Source: a virus. Taken from it: DNA of 64,000 nucleotides. The translations under genes were made by a program, and so were the position numbers. Under the pieces are notes generated by a model. It did no database searches and had not been told where the DNA came from. It saw nothing but the letters and a program-made list of their open reading frames with translations. Shown one piece after another: positions 20,686 to 31,656 of the stretch. Location: the IMG/VR virus record IMGVR_UViG_3300045988_125278. One strand, given 5' to 3'. Position 1 is the stretch's first letter. Every line of letters starts with the position of its first letter.

Positions 20686-23061
20686 TTATACCTTAGTTGC
20701 TGACTTAATCTTGCTAGACTTAATAATCTGATTACCAACAGAAATACGCCCAAGAGCAGGAATGTCTTTTGCGGAAACGCAAATAGATGCTTTATCCCCT
20801 GTAATAAGTAGATTATCTTCATCAGCAATTAACGCAGTTGCGGTCAATGGACCGGTAGACCCACTCGTTTTATATATATTAAGTCCTTTACCACCACGTT
20901 TTTGCAAAGTCAATTCATTTAAAGATAATTTCTTTCCTAAGCCATTTTCGCTAAATACTGCTATAGAATCAGTATCATGTCGAATTGGCATAGTAGAAAT
21001 TACTTCATCACCTTCGTTAAGATTAATACCTTTAACTCCAGCGGTAGCGCGAGAGGTCGCGGTAATGTCTGTAGAATTAAATTTAATTCCCATGCCATTT
21101 TTAGTTGTTAATATAATAGGCTCATCTTTAATTAAACATACAGATGCTAAACTATCGCCTTCGCGCAAACTAATTGCGACAATACCAGTCTTTTTCTTCG
21201 TATTAATATACTCTTCCAAAGCAGTCTTCTTTACAAGTCCATTCTTAGTAGTAAACAATACATATTTGGCATCAGTATCTCTATAAATTGAATACATTGT
21301 CTCAGGATTTTCATCAGGAGCCATATTTACAAGACTCTTAATAGATTGGCCTTGTGAGCTATTCGTTCCTACTGGAATATTGTCAACTAAAAGTCGATAC
21401 ATTACACCTTTATTTGAGAAAATCATTAGAGAATCAATGGTATTAGTTCTTAAAACACAAGAGGTAATATCTTCTTGAGATTTAATACCTTTACCATTTT
21501 TCTTTTGCGTGCGATAAGAAGCAGTCGGGATACGCTTAATTGTTCCACCCTCAGTCATTACAACAACACACTTTTCAGGTTCAACATACTCAATTTCTTT
21601 ATCTTCTTTTTCTACTGGAGCTTGAATGATTTTAGTAATACGCGCATCACCATAAGTATTTTTAATAGTAATGAAAATCTTTTCAAGTTCATCAGTGGGG
21701 TCTTTAAGAATTAAAGCTAAACGCTCACTCTCTTTAATTAAATTATCTCTTTCCTCTTGGATTTCAACTTTTTCTAAACGAGCTAATCTACTTAATTTAA
21801 TATCAAGAATTGCTTTAGCTTGATCTTCATCTAATTTATATTGAGTCATTAAAGCTTGACGAGCAACAACCGCGCTCTCGCTCTTTTTAATAAGAGCAAT
21901 TATATTATCAATATCTTCAAGTGCTTTAAGGATACCATTTAAAATATGAATACGAGCTTGTGCTTTATCATATTCATATTTTGTTTTTCTCAATATTACA
22001 TCTTTTTGATGACTAATATAAATTTCAATAAGTTGTTTAAGATTTAAAAGTTTTGGTTTCTTATTAACAAGAGCAACCTGATTAAAACTATATGTTTCTT
22101 CAAGACGAGATAACTTATAAAGTTTAGAAATAATAGGCTGAGCACTAACACCCTTATCAAGTTCAATTACAAAACGCACTCCATCTTTAGTGCTTTCATC
22201 TCTAATAGCAACAATGCCATTTAATTTGCCCTCTTCACAAAGTTTATCAATATCTTCACAAAGAGTATCTTTTGAAACTTTATAAGGAATTGTAGTAAAT
22301 ACAATTAAATCATGTGTTTTTTCATGCTCAATTACATAATCAGCCCTCATACGAGCTCGACCTTTACCAGTTAAATAAGCAGTTTTTAATTCATCTTTAT
22401 TGATAACAGTTCCACCAGTAGGAAAATCAGGGCCTTGGACAAATTGAAGCAAATCTTCAACTTTACACTCGCTATTACGCAAAGTGTAAATAATTGCATC
22501 CATAATTTCAATTAAATTATGTGGAGCAAAAGAACAAGCCATGGCAACTGCAATACCAGTAGTGCCATTTACAAGAAGGTGCGGAATTCGGCCCGGCAAA
22601 TACACTGGTTCATTTTCAACATCAGTATAAGCTAATTGCCAATCGCAAGTATTCTTTTTAATGTCAGCAAGCATTTCTTCGCCAATTTTAGATAATTTAC
22701 ATTCAGTATAACGATAAGCTGCTGGTTCTCCACCATCACGACTACCATTATTGCCATGGAATGAAATTAACGGATAACGCATCGTCCAAGGTTGGCTTAA
22801 AAGACATAAAGCTCCATAGATAGAGCTATCACCATGAGGATGAAAACGACCCATTGCATCACCGACAGGCTGAGCGCACTTAACAAACTTTTTATTATTA
22901 AGATATCCTTTATCAAACATATCATAAAGAATACGTCTTGCAACTGGTTTTAATCCATCTTCCGCAGATGGAATTGCTCTATCAGTTATTACACTTAAAG
23001 AGTAATCCAGGAAGGATTGCTCCACTTCATTAACTATTGGAGTTTTTAGAATCTCTCCCAT
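20686..23061 (-). CDS. type II DNA topoisomerase, GyrA/ParC-like subunit (T4 gp52-like)
   Basis: AQPVGDAMGRFHPHGDSSIYGALCLLSQPW...RYTECKLS catalytic-Tyr region. Confidence 0.85.
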   Translation of the reverse strand: MGEILKTPIVNEVEQSFLDYSLSVITDRAIPSAEDGLKPVARRILYDMFDKGYLNNKKFVKCAQPVGDAMGRFHPHGDSSIYGALCLLSQPWTMRYPLISFHGNNGSRDGGEPAAYRYTECKLSKIGEEMLADIKKNTCDWQLAYTDVENEPVYLPGRIPHLLVNGTTGIAVAMACSFAPHNLIEIMDAIIYTLRNSECKVEDLLQFVQGPDFPTGGTVINKDELKTAYLTGKGRARMRADYVIEHEKTHDLIVFTTIPYKVSKDTLCEDIDKLCEEGKLNGIVAIRDESTKDGVRFVIELDKGVSAQPIISKLYKLSRLEETYSFNQVALVNKKPKLLNLKQLIEIYISHQKDVILRKTKYEYDKAQARIHILNGILKALEDIDNIIALIKKSESAVVARQALMTQYKLDEDQAKAILDIKLSRLARLEKVEIQEERDNLIKESERLALILKDPTDELEKIFITIKNTYGDARITKIIQAPVEKEDKEIEYVEPEKCVVVMTEGGTIKRIPTASYRTQKKNGKGIKSQEDITSCVLRTNTIDSLMIFSNKGVMYRLLVDNIPVGTNSSQGQSIKSLVNMAPDENPETMYSIYRDTDAKYVLFTTKNGLVKKTALEEYINTKKKTGIVAISLREGDSLASVCLIKDEPIILTTKNGMGIKFNSTDITATSRATAGVKGINLNEGDEVISTMPIRHDTDSIAVFSENGLGKKLSLNELTLQKRGGKGLNIYKTSGSTGPLTATALIADEDNLLITGDKASICVSAKDIPALGRISVGNQIIKSSKIKSATKV

Positions 23062-23554
23062 ATTTTTTAAGGACCTCCTCAGCTGTAATTTTTCCAGTAG
23101 CGAGACCGTCTGCTAACTCATTCCACAAATGGCCATCATGCCCGGAAATTTTTCTCAAATCAATTTTGACTTCTTTCTCTGTTTCATAATAATCTTTAAT
23201 TAAATCAAGATTTTCTGGAACTTTTTTATTGGATTTAATCCAATTATTACGCTCCCATCCATACATCCAATTGGTAAAAGTATTTACACAATAGGCTGAA
23301 TCACTATATACAGTAGGGATATCATTAGTCCATTCTCCATTATCATGTTTACCATATTTTTTCAACACATGAAGAATAGCTTTAATTTCTTCTCTGTTAT
23401 TTGTAGTATCTTCAAAAGCGTTTATTTGACAAGCATCAATTACAACACCATTCTCAGGATTGCTATCATATTCAACAACAACAAACCCATAACCACCGCT
23501 ATTATTTTTTTGTCCGTTTTTGCGACATGAACCGTCAGTATAAATCGCAATCAT
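23030..23554 (-). CDS. rnh: ribonuclease HI
   Basis: IAIYTDGSC...NNREE...VYSDSAY...HDGHLWNELAD DEDD motifs. Confidence 0.8.
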   Translation of the reverse strand: MIAIYTDGSCRKNGQKNNSGGYGFVVVEYDSNPENGVVIDACQINAFEDTTNNREEIKAILHVLKKYGKHDNGEWTNDIPTVYSDSAYCVNTFTNWMYGWERNNWIKSNKKVPENLDLIKDYYETEKEVKIDLRKISGHDGHLWNELADGLATGKITAEEVLKKYGRDSKNSNS

Positions 23555-23828
23555 ATGATGGCCTCCCTAAAAATTCATTTTCTCCACAATCAATATGAAA
23601 AGAAGTATTAGTAAAAATAGTAATTTTATCAATAAAATAATCGTTAATAATATTTACTTTATTGTCTGGAAATAACTTTTGTAATTGCTCGTGGAGGTCT
23701 CTACAAGTAATTATATCAATATCTTTATTAACATGAGCTAAAATAACGTCATCTTTACGAATAGGAATTATTTCAATAGGCGTTCCTTTATAATTACTTA
23801 CATATCCCTTATCAGTTTTATACATCAA
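23535..23828 (-). CDS. hypothetical protein
   Basis: ORF. Confidence 0.3.
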   Translation of the reverse strand: MMYKTDKGYVSNYKGTPIEIIPIRKDDVILAHVNKDIDIITCRDLHEQLQKLFPDNKVNIINDYFIDKITIFTNTSFHIDCGENEFLGRPSYDCDLY

Positions 23829-24030
23829 TATTGGCCCTTTCTGCGTTTAACTCAATGAAAGATTTACGAGGGCCGACTGATTCCCCCATCAAATCCATAA
23901 ATGTTTTATTTACAAGATTCATATCATCCATTGTAATTTGTTTTAAGGTGCGAGTTTCTGGATTCATAACCAATTCCATCTCATGGGTGTCCATTTCGCC
24001 TACATGTTTCTCCAATATTACTATTGGCAC
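23818..24030 (-). CDS. type II topoisomerase GyrB-like subunit, 3' exon (true 5' boundary inside 23995-24030)
   Basis: KHVGEM...ELVMNPETRTLKQITMDDMNLVNKTFMDLMGESVGPRKSFIELNAERANIDV matches the GyrB C-terminus (KGLGEMNPE...LMGD.VEPRR.FIEENA). Confidence 0.75.
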   Translation of the reverse strand: MPIVILEKHVGEMDTHEMELVMNPETRTLKQITMDDMNLVNKTFMDLMGESVGPRKSFIELNAERANIDV

Positions 24031-24990
24031 TGACTAGTTCTTCGCTCCGGCTAACGTATTAACTGCCATCATCACGCCTACCTTTTTGAAAGTATGTATC
24101 AATAATACTTCCTACTCCCCGACAAAGGGGATAGTCGATACAGGATTAAACTACGATATTTTTCCAATTCTAATAACTCCATATATTTGTAAAAGAACCA
24201 TATGTAAGTTTATTAGAATAATCTTTATAAACTTCTCTTATATTTTCTCCATTTTTACGACGCAATCTTATTTGATAAACATCTTGTTCGGTCATTTTAG
24301 AGCGTCCATTTTTACTTCCCTAATTAGAAGTATTATGTTTATGAAAATTTTTATTTTCAATTGTATATACTTCTGGCATAATATTTTTCCAAGTATCACC
24401 ATTCCAAATTTTATGGAAGCCAGATTCACCAATTAAATTTTTATAATCTTCATAAACTTCATTTTTTCTTTCTTGATTATTATAACGAGTTCTAATATTA
24501 ATAACATCTTGTTTAGTTAATTTATGACTCGGATGACTTTCTTCAGTATTAAATTGCCCTCCAGGAGTCATATTATACTAATCAGGATAAGTATTATAAT
24601 ATTTTATATAATACTATTCTCTATCATTAAGTTCTTCGATAGAACATTCTTCTAATATCTCAAAAGAAAAATTATTTATTCCATATTCTAATATATCTTT
24701 ATATAACTTTTTATTTTTTTCTCTATACCAGTTATATGATTTTTTATGTTCTCTAAAACGCTATTCTATTTGTGTGCTTTGTCCTATATAAGATAAGTTA
24801 TTTATTTTATTGGTTATTTTATAAATACCAATCATTTTAATTACCTCACTAATTATAAGTAAGATAATATCGTAGTTCTTCCCACGAGATTATCTCCACT
24901 AATATTTAACGCTCATTCATTTCAATTTTTCCTGAAATGTCCTAAATATTAGCAAGACTGCCTCGTTAGCCGCCAACTGGAAAATTTTAC
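24000..24990 (-). mobile_element. group I intron (family copy C, boundaries approximate) in the GyrB-like topoisomerase gene
   Basis: Splits the GyrB homologue; conserved blocks CUUUUCC-hairpin, GGCUAACGAGGCA, AAUCUCGUGGGAAG, CCUGUAUCGACUAUCCCC..GGGG hairpin, ACUAGUCA. Confidence 0.55.
24157..24835 (-). mobile_element. intron-encoded GIY-YIG homing endonuclease (about 5 TAGs)
   Basis: MIGIYKITNKINNLSYIGQSTQIE(TAG)RFREH...YGINNFSFEILEEC. Confidence 0.75.
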
Positions 24991-26798
24991 CAATTCGCGA
25001 CCCCGCCGATCAGCGGAAAAGTAGGTAAGGGCCAGACTTCCTCGTACCCTTTCATACGTCCTAACTCAAAAGATCGGTTCATAGTTTTTCTGAATGTTTC
25101 AAGAGCAACGTCATCTTTAAGATATTTAATATTCGTGCCCCAAGTCGCTTTATAAAGAGGTGGAACCGCCGCGTAAATATAACCTTTTTTAATTAATTCA
25201 GGCGCAAACTTCCAAATAAATGTAAGAAACAAAATACGAATATGACTACCATCAACATCGGCATCCGCTGTAATAATAATCTTACCATAACGTAATTTGG
25301 ATTCATCTACAATTACTTTACCATCTTTAACTTCAAGGCCAAAAGCATCAATCATCGCACTAATTTCTTTATTTCCTAACGCTTTGTGCAAATCTGTCTT
25401 TAAAGTATTAAGAATTTTACCTCTTACGGGTAAAACTGCTTGTGTATTGCGGTTGCGAGCTTCCTTAGTGGGGCCTTCTGCGGAACGACCTTCAACAATA
25501 AAAATTTCACATTCGCTCCTATTTTTACTATTGGCATCACTTAATGTGCCGGGTAAAATAGTTCTTTTCTTCGTATCAACTTTACGAACGGTTTCTTTAG
25601 CCTTTTTCGCTTTTTCACGGGCCGCACGCGCCAACATTGCCTTATCTACAATAGCTTTAGCATCTTTTGGATTATTGTCAAGCCAAACTTTTAAATCTTT
25701 TGATACAAGGCGTTGAACAATAGTTCTTGCTTCACTACTGGATAGAACATCTTTAGTTTGACCAGAGAAAACCGGGTCAGGCATAATAAATGAAAGAACA
25801 AGACTTAATCCTTCTTTGAGTTCTTCACCAGTGATATTAGCATCTTTCTCTTTTAAAAGACCTTTATCACGAGCGTATTCATTAATAGAAGTAGTAAGTG
25901 CTGTTCTAAAACCGGTTAGATGTGTTCCACCACTATTAGGAATTGAATTAGTATAAAGTTTATAAGTATCGCTATAGGTATCATTATACTCCATAGCAAT
26001 TTTTACACCAATTCTATCTTCAATATTTTCAGTATAAAAAATTGAAGTAAGAGAAGTTTTATTGCTATTTAAATCTTTAATATAATCAAGAATACCATTT
26101 TTTGAAGTAATTTCTTCTTCTGGCTTATCAAGATAAGTAAAATGAAATACCATACCAGGAGAAAGATAAGCTAATTCTTGAATTTGTTTTCTTAAAGCAT
26201 CATAATCAAGAAGAATACCTTCTTTAAAAATGCTTTCATCTGGTAAAAATTTAACCCAAGTTCCAGTCTCTTTACCGGCCCATTTTTCTTCTTGATAATC
26301 TTTTAATTTTCCTTTTTCAAAAGACGCAACAGCATGTTTACCATCGCGGAAAGATGCAACTTGAAAATAACGAGAAAGAGCGTTAGTGGCTTTAGCGCCA
26401 ACGCCGTTCATACCGCCAGATGTATTATATCCAGTTTTTCCATTACTGTCAAATTTTGCACCGGTATGAAGTTTAGTATAAATATTTACCAATGTTTCAC
26501 TACCGTCTTTAGCTTTTCCAAAAGGAACACCACGTCCATTGTCGCGGATTTCAACATAACCATCTTTAGATACTGAAATATCGCAACGAGTACAATGACC
26601 ATTTAAATATTCATCAACTGCGTTTGAAATAATTTCAAGAGTAATATGTTTAACTCCATCAGGCCCAGTAGAACCGATGAACATACCAGGTCTAAGACGA
26701 ATTGCTTCCATCCCTTCTAAAGTTTTTATATCTTTAATACCATAATCATCTTTTCCTCTTTTGAGGATAATTTCTTGACTCAATCTAAATACCTCCAA
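24987..26798 (-). CDS. type II topoisomerase GyrB-like subunit (ATPase + TOPRIM), 5' exon; TTG start
   Basis: GHKL ATPase region HITLEIISNAVDEY...GMNGVGAK; TOPRIM IVEGRSAEG; frame ends in intron sequence at 24987. Confidence 0.8.
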   Translation of the reverse strand: MEVFRLSQEIILKRGKDDYGIKDIKTLEGMEAIRLRPGMFIGSTGPDGVKHITLEIISNAVDEYLNGHCTRCDISVSKDGYVEIRDNGRGVPFGKAKDGSETLVNIYTKLHTGAKFDSNGKTGYNTSGGMNGVGAKATNALSRYFQVASFRDGKHAVASFEKGKLKDYQEEKWAGKETGTWVKFLPDESIFKEGILLDYDALRKQIQELAYLSPGMVFHFTYLDKPEEEITSKNGILDYIKDLNSNKTSLTSIFYTENIEDRIGVKIAMEYNDTYSDTYKLYTNSIPNSGGTHLTGFRTALTTSINEYARDKGLLKEKDANITGEELKEGLSLVLSFIMPDPVFSGQTKDVLSSSEARTIVQRLVSKDLKVWLDNNPKDAKAIVDKAMLARAAREKAKKAKETVRKVDTKKRTILPGTLSDANSKNRSECEIFIVEGRSAEGPTKEARNRNTQAVLPVRGKILNTLKTDLHKALGNKEISAMIDAFGLEVKDGKVIVDESKLRYGKIIITADADVDGSHIRILFLTFIWKFAPELIKKGYIYAAVPPLYKATWGTNIKYLKDDVALETFRKTMNRSFELGRMKGYEEVWPLPTFPLIGGVANW

Positions 26799-27529
26799 AT
26801 ATAATTTTTATGGGTATTTCTTTTACCTCTACAAACAGCGGATATAGTAGAAGAATTTCCTCCACAAAATTGTGCTGCTAATTGTAAACTATCGAATTCT
26901 TTTATAAGATTATTATTTTTATCAAATGCTCCTACTTTACGGCTTGTTTTTATTATTCTATTAGACTAAATTTGATTAGTCTTTTTTTCAGGTTCAATAA
27001 TTTGATTTTCTTCATCTAAAAATCTAAATATTCTATTTCCTGTAGTTAGTCTAATCCCATTACATACATTACTAATTTTAAATCTATCTAAATTAGTCTA
27101 TTCTCCCGCTTCAGCCAATGAATTCCAAATATTTAAAATATTTTTATCTTTATCAATTTCACAAACTTTTTTTCCATATTTTTTTCTTTTTGTATTACTC
27201 ATTTTTGAAGCAATTTTAGGATCAAACATAGGACTTTCTGTATTATCAGTCTAATTATATCCTTTTGGAAAAATACAGTCTTCTTTAATAATATAATCAT
27301 GCTCTATTTTAATCATATCTTCCCAATTTTTAGCATTACTAATAATTTCAAATGTAAAATTATCTATCCCGTATTCACGGAAATCTTGCATCAGTGGATA
27401 ATTATAATGATGATCTTTCGGATTTTTAGAAGCTCCAATATGATGTCTCCAACGTCTATGCACATCAATCGAAGAACCAATATATATTTTATTATTTATT
27501 TTATTAGTAATTTTATAAATTTGATACAT
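26781..27529 (-). mobile_element. free-standing GIY-YIG homing endonuclease (3 TAGs) overlapping the topo gene start
   Basis: MYQIYKITNKINNKIYIGSS...HRRWRHH...YGIDNFTFEII; C-terminal NUMOD/IENR-like repeats. Confidence 0.75.
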
Positions 27530-27603
27530 AGAAATTCACAACCTTTCTATTATATCTTAAAATTTATTTAGATATATTTTTTACATTCCTGCCCCATTCC
27601 TGG

Positions 27604-27828
27604 TCAACCGCACTCATATTCGTTATAAACAATTTTTTCAAAATCTTCTTTAGAGATTTCGGGCAAAGTATATAAATAACCATTAGCTTTATCATTATAA
27701 TAAAATAAAAAACTATTATAATCATGATTTTCTAATGCTTTTTCGATACTATTAATTACTGTTGGAATATAATCTCTAGAAAGATGATCATACCAATAAT
27801 AAACGATACCTTCAGTTGTCGTTGCCAT
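27604..27828 (-). CDS. hypothetical small protein
   Basis: ORF. Confidence 0.3.
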   Translation of the reverse strand: MATTTEGIVYYWYDHLSRDYIPTVINSIEKALENHDYNSFLFYYNDKANGYLYTLPEISKEDFEKIVYNEYECG

Positions 27829-28423
27829 TAGATTCCTCCTTAACTTTAGGAATAATTTGATTTAATTTATAATCATAAGCTAAATCATTATATAACTTTT
27901 TTAAATATTTCTTATTAAGTAATTCTTCAATAGGAGTTCCATTTTTCCACCTAAGAAAAATTACATTAACAAAAGATTTAACAACTGGGTGCATCAAAAC
28001 TTCTTCGCGCTTTTTGAGCCACCAGTTTAATTCACTTTCTGCATTAAATTTATCTTTCATATATGCGGCTCCCGCACCCAAATAATCACAAAGAAGTTCA
28101 ACGGTATCTTCATAGGGCATTAATAGTGCTTTTGGATGGCCTACTCCGCCATCTTTAATATCGTCAATCCAATACTCCCAATGATGAGTATTGTGGCCTT
28201 TATGATGTTGCCATGCTTTACTAAATCCATTAACATCTTTACAATTATCAATTGGAGAACGATTACCGGTCCAATAGTGAGCGGATTCAATGAATTCAAT
28301 AGGAGTAAACTTGGATAAATCATGCTTAATACCGCGCCAAGGGATACCAGCCATTTTACAATATTTAAATACATACTTTTTATGTGTTAAAACAGTATTT
28401 AAATGATTAATATAATTACTCAT
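27812..28423 (-). CDS. hypothetical protein
   Basis: ORF; promoter TTGACT-N17-TATAAT at about 28449-28488. Confidence 0.4.
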   Translation of the reverse strand: MSNYINHLNTVLTHKKYVFKYCKMAGIPWRGIKHDLSKFTPIEFIESAHYWTGNRSPIDNCKDVNGFSKAWQHHKGHNTHHWEYWIDDIKDGGVGHPKALLMPYEDTVELLCDYLGAGAAYMKDKFNAESELNWWLKKREEVLMHPVVKSFVNVIFLRWKNGTPIEELLNKKYLKKLYNDLAYDYKLNQIIPKVKEESNGNDN

Positions 28424-28528
28424 ATTTTTTTCTCCAATAACATATTTCTTTATTTTATAAATATATTATAACAAAAATATTTTGGAAAGTCAAAAAATCG
28501 TGGCTTAAAATGCCGATTTAAATAAAAC

Positions 28529-28558
28529 TTGACAGAGATAAAAAATTTTTTGTATAAT
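28529..28558 (+). promoter_or_regulatory. orphan plus-strand sigma70-like promoter TTGACA-N18-TATAAT followed by a hairpin (candidate about 60-nt sRNA 28565-28630)
   Basis: Consensus hexamers read on the plus strand; no plus-strand ORF downstream; hairpin 28596-28628 plus T-run. Confidence 0.35.
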
Positions 28559-28632
28559 ATATTTAAGAGAAGCGCCCAGAGATATAAATAAAAAAATTGG
28601 ATAGTATATTTTATATACTATCCAATTTTATA

Positions 28633-29028
28633 TTAAATACCATAATCAGTATTTATAGGATCACTATTATCGCTATAATCGTCTTCGGTATAATAACTCA
28701 TAGAAGTAGTTTCAGTATTATCTACTGTTGGTGTATTATTTAATTCTTCTTTATAATTATTATAAGCTTCATCAAGCTCTTTCATAACTGACGCATATTT
28801 AACGCCATCTTTGGTATTTTCAGCCATTGATTTTTTATAATAGTATACTTGGCTCACGCCATATGCCGCCCAAGGAAGACTTGCGCTTGCGGTAAGCCAA
28901 GGTAAAGAACCCATATATCCATTATAAATACAATAAAATGCTAAAACAATATATGCTAATGTTGAAATCCAAATTAAGGCAGACTCTTGAATTAACAGAG
29001 TTTTAGAAAATTCTCTTTTTTGTTTCAT
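28633..29028 (-). CDS. holin-like membrane protein (2 TM + charged C-terminal tail)
   Basis: Hydrophobic segments LIWISTLAYIVLAFYCIY and LPWLTASASLPWAAYGV; immediately downstream of the endolysin. Confidence 0.45.
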   Translation of the reverse strand: MKQKREFSKTLLIQESALIWISTLAYIVLAFYCIYNGYMGSLPWLTASASLPWAAYGVSQVYYYKKSMAENTKDGVKYASVMKELDEAYNNYKEELNNTPTVDNTETTSMSYYTEDDYSDNSDPINTDYGI

Positions 29029-29029
29029 A

Positions 29030-30330
29030 TTACACCAACCCTTTATCTTTCATAATTCTATAAAGAACTACAATCATTTCTTCACGAGTCATAAATTTTT
29101 TATACATTTTACGATTTAAATTATCGCCTTTAATATATCCTTTACTTTCAGCCCAAGTTCTTTCCGTATCAGACCAAGAACTTGCATTTTTTTCGGCTTG
29201 TTGATTTAAATAAACTTCCATCATCTCATTAAATTTATCCTAAGTCATATCTTCATCCTCCTCATTAATATTTATATTATCACCAATTTTTTGTTTAAAT
29301 AACTACCATTGGTAATCGCCACTTGTTCTATAATAGCTATTCATGTCAGTTCCGCATAATGGACGAGGGCATAATTTACCAGTCACATCATAGTGGCGAA
29401 TAACGCGGTTCGCTGGTATATTGTATTTCTACATTAATTGCTTTACTAATTGTACCGTATTTTCTAATGCTCTTGGATCAAAATACCAATCAGTATCACT
29501 GGCTACAATATTAGATTTATTTATTTTACAGGGTCTTACTTCAATTCCAATAGAATTGGCATTTCTACATTCAGGATGCTTATATCCTTTTCTTGTGCCA
29601 CAGTGCCAAGCAATATCTTCATCTTTAACGCTACGATAAATAATATCTTTTTCATCAACACAATAATGAGCTGATGATTTAGCGACAGGATTTTTAAAAT
29701 AATTACTAATATTTTTTGCAGTCCCTAAAGAACCAAAATAATGTATTACAATATATTTTATTTTTCTATTATTACCTTTTTGATAATTAGATGTTGTTAA
29801 ATTATCTACAATTTTCATATCTTCACCTTTTCCTATAAATTGATCATATATTTCAACTCCATAATATAATCTCTACTATTGGATTTTTAAACTCTAATCT
29901 TTTGGTCGTTCAAACTATGTTAAAACTATATTTGAAGCAGTCTATATATCTTTACAATTTATTAAAGTATTCCAAACGGTAGGATAATATGTAGAAAGTT
30001 GATAAATTAAAAATTCAAGTTGTGTATTTAAGTTTCCTATTGAAGTATTTTTCTTTTTTGTAAAATCATATAATTGTTTTTTAAGACTCCAATAGGTCCA
30101 TTGAGCTAAACCATATCCAGCTTTATCATAAATGAAATTAGTATATTTACCATTATCTACTTGTTTTGTATACTATTCATCATTTAATCCAAGTGTCTTT
30201 TCAAAACTATTTTGAAGATTTTTTGGATTAAAATTTGATTCAGCTTTTAAGTTTCCCATTAGCCCGGCTGTTCCATAAGGATTTTTTATTTGTTTATATA
30301 AATAATTCCAAGCTATTTCAATATTAGTCA
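29030..30330 (-). CDS. multi-domain endolysin: lysozyme-like domain + N-acetylmuramoyl-L-alanine amidase (Amidase_2/PGRP) + C-terminal binding domain; 8 in-frame TAGs
   Basis: GTAGLMGNLKAESNFNP...YGLAQWTYWS; IVIHYFGS...AHYCVD...IAWHCG...SIGIEV...RHYDVTGKLCP; ORFs 29429-29818 and 29030-29224 are joined in frame through TAGs. Confidence 0.7.
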
Positions 30331-30393
30331 TATTATCCTCCTTTCTATAAAATAAAAAAGAAAGAGAAGAAGTAAATCTTCTCTTTCTTATAA

Positions 30394-31656
30394 TTACATA
30401 TGTTCAGCTAATGCCGCAATTTTAGAACGATGAATTTGTTTTAATTCAATTTCGCCATATACATCTGATCCTCTAAATACTTTAGAAGCACGACGCATAC
30501 CATTATTGGCTCCGGCAAAAGCGATATCATCAACTTGAGTTTTATCATCGCCATCAATGATACAAATACCATCTTCACCGATACGTTGTAAAGTCAATTT
30601 CATAAGCGAAATATCCATATTTTGTGCTTCAGAAATATAAATACCCGCTTTCATTCCAGTAGTATCATAACCGCGGATATCACTTAATGGTAAAAGAACT
30701 AATTGTTCATTTTCAATCATGCGCTCAACGGCTAAGCGACCACCAAATTTACTAATTAAAAGATTGCCGATTTGACTATCAAGTAATTTTTCATCTCTAG
30801 TGCCAGGATAAAAACCTAATTTTGCGGAATTTTTAGTGGCAATTGTATTACAAAATACAATGATTTTATCAATACGTCCACGTTCAAATTGATTCATCAA
30901 AAAGGCTAAACTTAAATAAGTTTTACCTGAACCCGCGGGGCCACGAACCATAGTAATAGTATTATTAATAAGACTATCTGCGAATAAAGTTTGATAAGGG
31001 TCATCTTTCATAGGTTTTACTTTTCCAAATTGAGTAGAATCAAAATTACCAAATGAAATAGGACGATAACCATCACCAGTATAACATACTTTATCAACGA
31101 TATTATTATCTTTATCTTTTATAATTAAATATTCATTAATATGTAAATTATAAACATTTTCATATTGGTTAGAATAGAAATCAGCCATTTCCGCGTTTGA
31201 CATTGTAATTTCTACATATCCCTTATATTCATCAATTAATTCTTCATCTATGCTTTGGATATGATCTTTGTCAAAGAAAAGATTTGCCATCGCTTTTAAT
31301 GATAAATCATTAGTGATAAATATAGTATTTGGATGAGCTAATTTAAATTCAATTGCGGTAGATAAAATTTTACTATCATCAGTAATTGGAAGGTTAGAAT
31401 CTTCAATTATTTTTAATCCGTCTAATTTAAATAGTTGGATAATATAATTATCAGGGTTTTTATTCAATTTATGTAATACTTTACGAGCTGAATATTTAAC
31501 ATCAGCATCTTTATTTGATGATGTTTTTATATTTTCTAATTCTTTTAAAGTAATAGAAGATATAACAGGTGTATATTCTTCCTCTTGGAGGAATGTATCA
31601 ACCGCCATCAACAAACTACAAGTATCATAAAATTTATACATCTTCGTACTCATCAT
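30394..31656 (-). CDS. phoH: PhoH-like ATPase with N-terminal PIN domain
   Basis: MVRGPAGSGKTYLSLAF...PhoH signature region. Confidence 0.75.
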   Translation of the reverse strand: MMSTKMYKFYDTCSLLMAVDTFLQEEEYTPVISSITLKELENIKTSSNKDADVKYSARKVLHKLNKNPDNYIIQLFKLDGLKIIEDSNLPITDDSKILSTAIEFKLAHPNTIFITNDLSLKAMANLFFDKDHIQSIDEELIDEYKGYVEITMSNAEMADFYSNQYENVYNLHINEYLIIKDKDNNIVDKVCYTGDGYRPISFGNFDSTQFGKVKPMKDDPYQTLFADSLINNTITMVRGPAGSGKTYLSLAFLMNQFERGRIDKIIVFCNTIATKNSAKLGFYPGTRDEKLLDSQIGNLLISKFGGRLAVERMIENEQLVLLPLSDIRGYDTTGMKAGIYISEAQNMDISLMKLTLQRIGEDGICIIDGDDKTQVDDIAFAGANNGMRRASKVFRGSDVYGEIELKQIHRSKIAALAEHM

